A stretch of DNA of 62,030 nucleotides, the filler included. It is 4 parts of 4 records of this genome, joined end to end, with 100 filler letters (N's around TTAATTAATTAA, not from the genome) between each part and the next. Parts side by side here need not be neighbours in the genome. Positions count along the whole stretch, not along the records: positions 1 to 26,362 come from SRR2962707_3153; positions 26,463 to 35,312 come from SRR2962707_3156; 2 more parts are not named here. One strand, given 5' to 3'. Shown here in pieces: positions 20,317 to 29,800 of the stretch. How positions within the stretch are numbered: position 1 is the first letter of the stretch; each line of letters opens with the position of its first letter. The position numbers and the translations under genes are program-made. The notes below the pieces were generated by a model. That model did no database searches, was not told the DNA's origin, and saw nothing but the letters and a program-made list of their open reading frames with translations.

Positions 20317-22050
20317 TTAATATCCTGGGTTTTGCTTTGCATTAGGGTTTAAATCTATTTCCCTTGCTGGTATTGGCCAAATATATTTATGTGATTGGTA
20401 ATGTTTTTTTGGATTATTTTCAGACTGTTCATTATAGCTATTTATAGCACTTTCTAACATTTTTGTACGTATTAAATCGTCTTTCCTATAACCCTCCATA
20501 AAAAACTCTTTTGCTCTTTCATCCAATATAACCTGCAAAAATTCAGATTTACTTAAACCTGCCGAAATGTTGTGATTTTCATTAGAGTATGCTCTTCTTC
20601 TCACTTCATTAATCAACATAAGGGCTTCTGATGTTGGTCCAGATATTGCATTAATAGCTTCAGCCTTCATCAATAATATATCTGCATAACGAATTAAAAT
20701 AAAATCAAAATCTTCATTATCTTCTTGTACAGGAGTATCTATGTTTTTCTGATATTTATATGGACGCCATTCTCCTTTATCTTCTAGGTTTATCTTGTCA
20801 CCACCCTCCACTTTAAATGTAGCTATATTTTGATAAAATCTTTTGTCTGCCGTCTCTATTGGAAAAGAAACGGGGAATTCCAATGGAGAAGATTGGTCAA
20901 AATAATCATTAACAGTACTGGTAGATAATTTAAAAAAGTCGTGCTTAGAATAGCCTAATGCCCCCCATAATACTCCATAGTTACCTCCTACATTTTTAGA
21001 AGAATCAAAGTCTACTTTAAATATAATTTCTGAGTTTTCTTTTAAATCATTTTTAAAAAGAGCTCCGTAATTTTGTAACAAAGTAAATTTACCTTCTACT
21101 TCCTCAAACTGTTGAATGGCCTTACTATAATTTTCTTCTAGTTGCATTGGAAATCCTGCAGATTGGAGATACACCTTCCCTAACAAAGCAGTTGCTGCCT
21201 CCTTAGATGCCCTTTTTGACGAAGTAAATGTTGGTAGATTATCTTTTGCAAATTGCAAATCTGAAATAATTAAATCGTAGGCCTTTTCACCTCCTTGTTT
21301 ATCAGGGAGTGAAACACTTTCATAATCGTCTTCCGTAACAACAATTGGATTCCCATATAATTTAACCATATTAAAATATAACAGCCCTCGTAAAAACATA
21401 AGTTCTGCCTTTTGTATTTGCTCTGTTGGTGATAATTCCTTTTCAATTTCTTTCAACTCTTTTAAACCATAATTAATAGTACGAACTATTAAATTATAAT
21501 GAGCCTCCCAAACACTATTAATAAGATTATTGTTTTGATCAAAATAATAAGCATCTAGCTCTGTAAAAACAGTATATTTATCTTGATTACAATACACTTT
21601 ATCAGACCCTATTTCTCCCCAATAACTAACATACCCCGAAGCATCAAAAATATATCTATCATTTAACCTCTCATAAGCTTCAGCAATAATTTCATCTACT
21701 TTAATGCCTACAGGTAAAATAGGATCAACAGGATCAACTATTATAGTTACATCATTTTGAATCCCTTCCTTAACAGTTATTTTAGCTCTAAAGTCTATGA
21801 TATCTTCTGGTAATCGAGCTTTAACAGTATAATCCCCAGGCTCTATATCATTGATTATAGCTTCCCCTTTAATATTTGTATTTACAGTAGTAGTAATTGG
21901 TATTGTCGTTACTTCTGCGTCAGAAATTAAATTATTTTTATCATCAACAACTAAAATCTTTAAAATAGTATTTGGAACCTGATTATTCTCATCTTTAGAA
22001 CAGCTAGAGATAATAAAAAATAGAAATAGAAAATAGATGGTATTTTTCAT
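20317..22050 (-). CDS. RagB/SusD family lipoprotein with N-terminal carboxypeptidase-regulatory-like (prealbumin-fold) domain
   Basis: Lipobox ISSC; SusD motifs AELMFLRGLLYFNMVKLYG, AATALLGKVYL, IRYADILLMKAEA, ERAKEFFMEG..DLIR and WPIP..EIDLNP...QNPGY; residues about 28-105 look like a beta-sandwich (VVDDKNNLISDAEV...NTNIKG...IEPGDYTVKA). Confidence 0.88.
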   Translation of the reverse strand: MKNTIYFLFLFFIISSCSKDENNQVPNTILKILVVDDKNNLISDAEVTTIPITTTVNTNIKGEAIINDIEPGDYTVKARLPEDIIDFRAKITVKEGIQNDVTIIVDPVDPILPVGIKVDEIIAEAYERLNDRYIFDASGYVSYWGEIGSDKVYCNQDKYTVFTELDAYYFDQNNNLINSVWEAHYNLIVRTINYGLKELKEIEKELSPTEQIQKAELMFLRGLLYFNMVKLYGNPIVVTEDDYESVSLPDKQGGEKAYDLIISDLQFAKDNLPTFTSSKRASKEAATALLGKVYLQSAGFPMQLEENYSKAIQQFEEVEGKFTLLQNYGALFKNDLKENSEIIFKVDFDSSKNVGGNYGVLWGALGYSKHDFFKLSTSTVNDYFDQSSPLEFPVSFPIETADKRFYQNIATFKVEGGDKINLEDKGEWRPYKYQKNIDTPVQEDNEDFDFILIRYADILLMKAEAINAISGPTSEALMLINEVRRRAYSNENHNISAGLSKSEFLQVILDERAKEFFMEGYRKDDLIRTKMLESAINSYNEQSENNPKKHYQSHKYIWPIPAREIDLNPNAKQNPGY

Positions 22051-22270
22051 GTGCTTTAATCCTTTCTTTATAGAAAATTTCTTAAGTAGGTCAAAAATAG
22101 AAATATTTATTACATATAAATGATAGTATCAAAAAAACATTTCATGCCACATAAGTTTTAATCTCTCAATCATTACTAATTAATATTTTCTATTAGTTTC
22201 ACATAGCAATACCAAGTTATAAATTGGTTAAATTTTATTTTTCTGAAATAGAAATTTGTAATTTGTAGCT

Positions 22271-24529
22271 ATGAAGAAAACTACATATACCGCCGAAATA
22301 CTAAAATATATTCCCTTTTTATATGTTATTTGGTCTGATGAACTCCTTTCGCCTTCGGAGATTTCTGTATTTAAAAAATCTATAGAAACCGATTCTATTT
22401 CTGAAGCAGCCAAAACCACACTTAAAAAATGGATTAATGCTGAAGAATCTCCTCTAGATGAAACTCTTGTTTCTTGGAAAAAAATAATTGATGATTCTGG
22501 ATTAAAATTAATAGAAAGCGATGCTTACCCCTTAACCTCATTTAGTATGAGGTTGGCAAGCAATAGTCAATCTACAGAAATTTATGATGAAAGTTTAAAA
22601 TATATAGAGATTAATTTAGGGATTCAACCCAATCATTATCATCATCTATTTGATGTAAAAATAGAAACTGCTAGTAGCGCTGCTTTTTATTCAGCTGAAA
22701 AAATAGACACGCTCCTTAAAGGAGAACACGCTCCATATGTTGATAAATTTCGAGAGAAATTAAATGATCCCATTTTTGATTTTCAAATTATAAGAAACAA
22801 AGAAGAATTTAGAAATCATGTTTTAGCACAAGTTAAATTTTTAGCAAAAGATGGCTATGGCGCAATGGCATATGACAATGCATATGGAGGTATTGGAAAC
22901 ATGCCTACTTACGCAAGTATTTTTGAAAACCTAATGTATGTAGACGGAAGTCTAACCATAAAATTTGGCGTTCAGTTTGGTCTTTTTGGAGGAAGTATCC
23001 AGAACTTAGGAACAAAAAAGCATCATGACAAATATTTAAAAGAAACTGGAGAAGCCAATCTTTTAGGTTGTTTCGCTATGACCGAAACCCGACATGGCTC
23101 TAATGTAAGAGGAGTAAAAACTACTGCTACTTATGTAAAAGAAACCGATTCTATTGTTATTGAAACTCCTGGAGAAAACGATAATAAAGAATACATCGGG
23201 AATGCACTCCATGCGGAAATGGCAACTGTTTTTGCACAACTAATTGTAAACGGAAAAAACGAAGGCGTGCATGCTATCTTAACCAGAATAAGAAATAAGG
23301 ATGGCAATTTAATGCCTGGTGTAAAAGTGGAAGACAATGGCTACAAACTGGGACTTAACGGTGTTGATAATGGAAAAATATGGTTTTCTAACGTTGCTGT
23401 ACCACGAGAAAACTTATTAAACAGGTATGGAGATATTGACAAAGATGGAAATTACACCTCCCCAATAGAAAATCCTAATAAACGCTTTTTTACCATGCTC
23501 GGCACTTTGGTTGGTGGTAGAATTTGTGTTGCAAAAGGTGCATTAAGTGGTGCAAAAAAGGCTTTGTCTATTGCTGTAAAGTACGCCTTACAAAGACGAC
23601 AATTTAACAGTAATGAAAAAATCCAAGAGGATTTAATAATGGATTATCCTACGCATCAACTACGTTTAATTAAACCCATAGCAAAATCTTATGTTTACCA
23701 TACTGTTTTAGATAAACTCATTAAGGATTATGCCAATTCTAAAGAAGACGGGCGGAGAGAAATAGAAACCCAAGCAGCTGCGCTAAAAGCATCAATTACA
23801 TGGTTTTCTAACCAAACAATTCAAGAATGTAGAGAAGCATGTGGTGGGAAAGGGTATTTAATAGAAAATAAAATTCCGCATATAAAAGGAGATGTAGATA
23901 TTTTTACCACTTTTGAAGGAGATAACACGGTATTGATTCAATTAGCTGCCAAAGGTATTTTAACTAATTTCAAAACTGAATTTAACAGTGATAATTTTAT
24001 GGATGTGCTCAAATACGTAGGCACACAATTATCCGACAGACTCACTACAATTAATCCTATTTTTACCAATAAAACAGATAAAGAACACCTCTTTGATACT
24101 GAATTCCATAAAGAAGCTTTTGAATACAGAACCCGTAGACTTACATTTTCTGTTGCTTCTAGAGTTCAGAAATACATAAAAAAAGGAATTCCATCATACC
24201 AAGCATTTCTTAAAGTTCAAACACATATGGTTATGCTAGGAAAAGCATATAGTGAAGAATTATCTTATAATGAATTTTTAAATTTTGTAGAAAAAATACA
24301 GGAAGAAGAACTTCGGTTCTTATTTAAAAAATTAGGCGCTTTATTTGCTTTGAGTGAGATAAACGACCATGCCGCTTGGTATTTAGAACATGGATATATT
24401 AGTGCTAATAAATCTAAGGCTATTAGAAAGCAGGTAGAACGGATTTGTTCGGAATTAAGGCCACATGTAAATACGCTTGTTGATGGCTTCGGGATTCCAA
24501 AAAGCTGCTTAAAAACTCCAATTTTATAG
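22271..24529 (+). CDS. Acyl-CoA oxidase/dehydrogenase family protein (ACOX-like)
   Basis: GVQFGLFGG, GCFAMTETRHGSNV, GLNGVDNG, RRQF, QECREACGGKGY and TTFEGDNTVL motifs. Confidence 0.92.
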   Translation: MKKTTYTAEILKYIPFLYVIWSDELLSPSEISVFKKSIETDSISEAAKTTLKKWINAEESPLDETLVSWKKIIDDSGLKLIESDAYPLTSFSMRLASNSQSTEIYDESLKYIEINLGIQPNHYHHLFDVKIETASSAAFYSAEKIDTLLKGEHAPYVDKFREKLNDPIFDFQIIRNKEEFRNHVLAQVKFLAKDGYGAMAYDNAYGGIGNMPTYASIFENLMYVDGSLTIKFGVQFGLFGGSIQNLGTKKHHDKYLKETGEANLLGCFAMTETRHGSNVRGVKTTATYVKETDSIVIETPGENDNKEYIGNALHAEMATVFAQLIVNGKNEGVHAILTRIRNKDGNLMPGVKVEDNGYKLGLNGVDNGKIWFSNVAVPRENLLNRYGDIDKDGNYTSPIENPNKRFFTMLGTLVGGRICVAKGALSGAKKALSIAVKYALQRRQFNSNEKIQEDLIMDYPTHQLRLIKPIAKSYVYHTVLDKLIKDYANSKEDGRREIETQAAALKASITWFSNQTIQECREACGGKGYLIENKIPHIKGDVDIFTTFEGDNTVLIQLAAKGILTNFKTEFNSDNFMDVLKYVGTQLSDRLTTINPIFTNKTDKEHLFDTEFHKEAFEYRTRRLTFSVASRVQKYIKKGIPSYQAFLKVQTHMVMLGKAYSEELSYNEFLNFVEKIQEEELRFLFKKLGALFALSEINDHAAWYLEHGYISANKSKAIRKQVERICSELRPHVNTLVDGFGIPKSCLKTPIL

Positions 24530-24536
24530 CAACAAA

Positions 24537-24622
24537 AAGTGGCTGTCTAAAAAATATTTATACGCTAAGTGTCATCCTGAGCTCAGTTTGACAACTACAA
24601 AACATTTTTTAAACAGCCACTT
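24537..24622. repeat. 86-bp element bounded by 19-bp terminal inverted repeats (MITE/REP-like or bidirectional terminator)
   Basis: AAGTGGCTGTCTAAAAAAT (24537-24555) vs ATTTTTTAAACAGCCACTT (24604-24622), one mismatch; lies between convergent genes. Confidence 0.7.
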
Positions 24623-24643
24623 AATAAGTGTTATGTATAATAA

Positions 24644-25231
24644 TTAATCTTCTAAAGAAGCAACCATTGCATCACTATAGTTACAAGCTACTCTTTCTTG
24701 TAAATAAGCTACAGCTTCTGCTCTTGGAGTTGCAGGATCAATCTTAACTTCTTCTCCATTTGGAAGGTGTACAATATACATACCTTCTTTGAATGAAGAA
24801 AGTTCAATAACTTCTCCTGTTGGTTTAATAGCACTCCATGACTTAGCATCTGGGCTATAAACTAAATCTACTTTTTCTCCTTTTTTAGGCCCTTCCACAA
24901 CAGATACTTGCATTCTATTTTTAGTAGCTGTCATTTCATAAGTATTTCCGTCTCTTTCGACAATCTGAGTTTCTTTTTCTCCCTCTTTCATTGCAATTGG
25001 ATTAGAACCTGTCCAAAACTCAATTACATTAAAAATAATTGCATCACCCAAAAAGAATAAACCGTATACTGGAATAATGTTTAAACCCCAAAAGATAAGG
25101 TTGTTCACAAACTTATTTCCTGTTACTCCTTGGTTCCAATCTTTCAAACCATTGAAAGCGCTAAAAGACCCTAAACAGCTTGAACATAAAATAGTAAGTG
25201 CTAACGCACCAGAAATGACAACTTTTTTCAT
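24644..25231 (-). CDS. DUF3332 family lipoprotein
   Basis: SSCLGSF...WN...NKFVN...PVYGL...DAIIFNVIEFWTGSNP pattern. Confidence 0.85.
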   Translation of the reverse strand: MKKVVISGALALTILCSSCLGSFSAFNGLKDWNQGVTGNKFVNNLIFWGLNIIPVYGLFFLGDAIIFNVIEFWTGSNPIAMKEGEKETQIVERDGNTYEMTATKNRMQVSVVEGPKKGEKVDLVYSPDAKSWSAIKPTGEVIELSSFKEGMYIVHLPNGEEVKIDPATPRAEAVAYLQERVACNYSDAMVASLED

Positions 25232-25298
25232 AATAAAAAAATTTTTTGATTATTAGTTAATCTAATTTATTAATAAAATTAGAAATAACATCACTTTT

Positions 25299-26306
25299 TT
25301 ATAGTAATTTTCCTAAGTTATAAAAGAAAAATCGCTTATCATTATTCATTGCAACGAACAAACCGTCTTTAAATACAGGGGTTAAGCTTGTAGTAACAAT
25401 CTCACAACCATCTGTTTCTTGTGTACTTAAATTCAACTCCTTAACAAACTCATGCGTGTTTTTATTAAAAATTACAAAACTATGGTTTTGCTGATTCGAA
25501 ACTATAATATAGCTCTCTCCATTAGGTAAATCTGCGATGCAAAGTCCTTCTATATCATCTAGAAAATATTCACCCCCAAAAAAGGCTAACTCTTCATTCC
25601 CTTTAGATGGCTCTGCATAATACTTATGTATTCCAGCACCTTCATCAGAATAATAAACTATTCCTTCCTTATCGTCTACAGCAATGGCTTCGATTTCCTT
25701 TTTCCCACTAAATTTTCCAAACTTTCGAACTAGTTCTGCTTTTACTCCTAATGAATCCGACTTTAAGATGTATTGATATAAATAACCATCTAACGGACCT
25801 GTTTTACGTCCTACAATTGCATACATAGCCCCATCTACTTCAGAATGGTATAAACTTATCCCCATCGGTAAATTTTGTTCTGGCGCTGTTACATCAGTAA
25901 AAACAGGAAAACCACCACCATCTAAAGGTTTCATATCTGGAATTGAAAACAATCGTATTTGCTGACGCTCTCTCTCAGTAAAAGCTAATACATCTACTTT
26001 TGTAGAATCGTTTAATTGAAAATCGTATCTAAGATCAACATTATTTGGACGTTTTAATCCTCTTATTGTTTTACTTTCTATTATTTTTCCTTCTAAATCA
26101 AAAGCATAAATAGCGCCATCGGTATCTTTATCGGTTCCAAAAACAATACTTTTAGAAGGATCTTTTTTGTTAACCCATATTGCAGGATCATCTGTATCGT
26201 GTAATGTAGATTCTGTAATTACATCTGGACTTATAGCTGGTAAATTATTCTTTTTACACCCAATTACCACAAGTGCTGTCAATGCTAAAACTCTATATAT
26301 TTTCAT
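25299..26306 (-). CDS. Beta-propeller phytase (lipoprotein)
   Basis: Lipobox IGC; DDPAIW, GTDK, NNVDLRY, EIEAIAVD, DIEG and ETDG Ca/phosphate-binding motifs. Confidence 0.93.
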   Translation of the reverse strand: MKIYRVLALTALVVIGCKKNNLPAISPDVITESTLHDTDDPAIWVNKKDPSKSIVFGTDKDTDGAIYAFDLEGKIIESKTIRGLKRPNNVDLRYDFQLNDSTKVDVLAFTERERQQIRLFSIPDMKPLDGGGFPVFTDVTAPEQNLPMGISLYHSEVDGAMYAIVGRKTGPLDGYLYQYILKSDSLGVKAELVRKFGKFSGKKEIEAIAVDDKEGIVYYSDEGAGIHKYYAEPSKGNEELAFFGGEYFLDDIEGLCIADLPNGESYIIVSNQQNHSFVIFNKNTHEFVKELNLSTQETDGCEIVTTSLTPVFKDGLFVAMNNDKRFFFYNLGKLL

Positions 26307-26362
26307 TTTGAATATTTTATTTATTTTTATTATTGTCCGATAAAAGTTAACGGAATTTATTA

Positions 26363-26462
26363 NNNNNNNNNNNNNNNNNNNNNNNNNNNNNNNNNNNNNN
26401 NNNNNNTTAATTAATTAANNNNNNNNNNNNNNNNNNNNNNNNNNNNNNNNNNNNNNNNNNNN
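26363..26462. other. Artificial contig linker (N44-TTAATTAATTAA-N44)
   Basis: N-runs flanking a six-frame stop; base composition changes sharply across it. Confidence 0.99.
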
Positions 26463-26790
26463 CACGAACTCGCTCACGAACTCACTCACGAAAGTTCCTC
26501 GGGTGTCTGCACCATGGCTGCTGGTCAGTGCTTGCCCAGGGTATTGTGCAGTGTGGAGGCGTACAGCAAGCGGGGTGAGCTGCTGTTGTGATTGTCGTCG
26601 GCATTTGACGGGACGGTCTGCCGACCGGGAGCCAAGGCATCTATTCGAAGTGAGGGAAACGACTTGGAGAAAATATCCGACTTTTTGCGGAGCCACCTTC
26701 CTGCCTGCCTGCCTGTCTGCCTGCCTCAGCAAAAATCACAAACAGTCGAACAAAAAAAAACCACAACCACAACAACCACAACAACTCGTA
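26463..26790 (+). repeat. Short tandem repeats in the eukaryotic 5' region: (CACGAACTCRCT)n, (CTGC)n, (ACAACC/ACA)n
   Basis: Seen at 26463-26492, about 26700-26726 and about 26760-26785. Confidence 0.7.
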
Positions 26791-26832
26791 AGAAGCCCAT
26801 TTCACCGCTGTTGATCTTGTTCGCCTACCACC

Positions 26833-29800
26833 ATGGCGGACATCTCCGACGTCACTGTGGTCGTCGGTGTGCCCGTGGCCAAGACCGAGCAGCGGAAGCA
26901 AGCTGCCGCCACGACGCGACGCAAGCGATGCATCTGCTGTGTGGTGACGTTCGTGGTGCTCGCGGTGCTTGTCGCTGTGTTGGCCTCCTGCCTCCACACG
27001 TACCACCACGTGAGCAACCGCATGAACAACTTCAACAAGCAATTCAACAACGCCCACGCCAAAGTGGACTTTTCCGGGTCCCACACCCAAGTGGAAACCG
27101 AGCTCGAATCCCCACCACCGCAGTCTGCTCATGGTGTGACAGTGTCCCGCACCACCTGCGTAACCAGCCTCGAAGGCCAGCACCTCGCGACCGTGTCACT
27201 CGACGGCGATTTCAAGATCGTCCAGAGCGTGGCGGCGGCTTCCAACGACAAAGACAGCTCGTGCTCTCTGACCGTTGACAGCGTGACTTCCAAGAACGTG
27301 CTGTGGCTTGCGTCGCAATCCGCTCAGACCCAGTTTTCGGACGAAAAAATGTCAGCCACTACAGATGTGGTCTGCGATGTTGGTGGCCACTTCGATTTTG
27401 TGGGCCTTGTGCAAGTCCCCTTCTCCACAACTGTTGCGACGACCGTGGACCTTGACCTCGAAAGCATGTACTCTGCGCTGCATGCGATGGTCATGACCGT
27501 CGTGGACCCAGACTCCCCCTCGACGGCGACCTCGGGCCCTTTGGCTTCGCTGGTTTTCGTTTTGCCTTCCGTTTCATACGACGTGGGGCTCCCTGAAGCC
27601 ACTCACCGCGTGGTCTCCAGCGATGGTTCTTTCAATTGCAAGCCGGAGGGGTGCGAACTCCACTTGAATGGCGACGCAGCGTTGCGCCTTGACGAGCTTC
27701 CAACCCAGAACACCAACATTGTGCAATTAGTAGCACCACTGTCCTTCAACGAAGACGACGAGTTCGGTCTCTTCGCGGTGGCGCAATCCGACAACGCATT
27801 GACCACTCTCATGGGGAACAGCCATTCTGTTGTCCTGCTCAGCAAAGACAGCTTCTCCACACGGTCGCGTACCAGCCATGCAAATCGTGACGGCGTGACC
27901 GGTAGCGATCATCATGACGGAGACAGCGATCACCATCATGGCCGCCAGCTCGGCAACCCAAACGCTGTCCCCTACGTACCGTGCAACCAATTCGCGGTCT
28001 GCTACCTGCTTCCCGTCGATGCCGTCAACATTGAAGCCTGCTTTGACCTTGGCCTTGACCTGAACCACCTTTGGGCTAACGCCACCGTGGAATTCGCTGG
28101 GTCGCTGCCAGTCGTCGATGCTGCGCTCGGATGGTCTCAAGTGTCCAGCGACGGGACCGTGGGCATTGGCGACGTTCTTCTCGACATCGTCAGTGGCACA
28201 ACGCAAGTTTTTTTGATGGATGGCATTATTGAGTACCGCCACGACAAGACGGCCATCGACGTGGAAGTGGCAGACACCGAAATTAAGATCCATGCCTTCT
28301 ACGCGATGGGCCCCCCAACCACTGCAAACGCCGTCGGAGTCTTTGACATCGGTTTTTCCGGCACCGATATCGGAAGCAACGGCCAACTGCATGCCCGCTC
28401 CATGGGCACTCTCCTGCTACACCATGACGTGTATGGCGTGACTGTTCCAGGAGTGAGTGCGAACGTGACCCTTCGAAGCAACATGTCGGAGGCTGACATG
28501 CACGTCGTAGTGCACCCTCTTAGCGTCTTGTCGTTCCACCCAGCGAAAGACACCGATTTGCCAACTCTTCTTGACGTCGTGATTCGCATTGGAGACTATG
28601 AGGACGCTGATGTGCACGCCAGTGCGGAAGGCTCTGTCGAACTCGACCTGCGGTCCCGTGCACTTCTACAACAAACGGAAGAATCTTCCAGCGGAGAGTC
28701 TTTCGACAGTGACAGCGACGGGCCCAATCAGATTGAACTATTCGCGGCGCTGGACCCTGAAACGATGCACATGGAGACCCGTGTTGTTGGAGGCGATGCT
28801 GTTGCGATTCTCGTGCGCAAGCTGCCCGACTCGACCCCAAATGCAGCTGCTGATGCACTGATGTATGACTTTGTGGTCCTGGTGACCGGAGATTCTGATG
28901 TGCACGTTCCAACAGATCTGATCCGCCCTCGCCCAGACGGCACAATTGACTACGATGCCATCGCAAACTTTTCTGCCGGTGCGGCGCGACGCTGCGGAAA
29001 CTGCACTTACGGCGAAGAACCTGACGACACCTGGTACAGCCGCTCTCTCCTTCTTGCTGAAAGTACGAATGGCTCAAGCAGCGAGGATGAAGGCGACGAA
29101 GAAAAGGGAGGATTCTTCGATCGCGGAAACTATGTTGGCAATCTGGTGCAAGCGCTCTCCGCAGTCACGATGCCGATTGTTGATGCTCGTGCCACTGGTT
29201 TCCTTGCGTCATCCGCCCACGCACGCTCGTTCGTGCACGTGGGCTACTGGGCTGCCCATGCGTCCTCAACATTGCTGTCCGCCACCAACAGTTGGCTTGA
29301 CGCGGAATTCCATGGCGCTGCTGTGGTGGATGTGGAGCGCCACCTTGCCACCCTCGACCTTGACCTGATGTCCAGCGACGCCTCGGGAATTTCCACCGTC
29401 CAAGCTGGCGTCATCGGGTTCGTCAGTCATGATGCTGAACAGCGTTTCGACACCGGTCTCCGCGCCCGTTTGACACTCCAAGGCGACTTGTCGGACTCGG
29501 CTTACGAGGCCGACGCTGCCTTTGTCGACATTACCAGTGGTGTAGTGCTGGTCCACAACGTGACGAACCAAACGGCTTTCAAGGCCCCGGAATGGACTCC
29601 TCCCACGCCGGCAGAAAAAGCCGCCAGTGATGCCGGCCGCCCACCGTCGTGGGTTGATACAATTGTCGGTGCAGCCACTACTGCACCGGCTGTCATTGCT
29701 TCTGCTTTATCCACCATCGCGAAGGGTTTTCCGTCGGGCGAGAGCGTGGTCACATCGAGCGTCACGGTGTTGGAAACTCGACGTGGTGGACTTGGAACGA

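Noticed and set aside
26363..26462. Apparent horizontal-transfer junctions with abrupt GC shifts (also 35313-35412 and 54470-54569)
   Set aside because: Identical N44-TTAATTAATTAA-N44 linkers show artificial concatenation, so no cross-junction gene context is meaningful.
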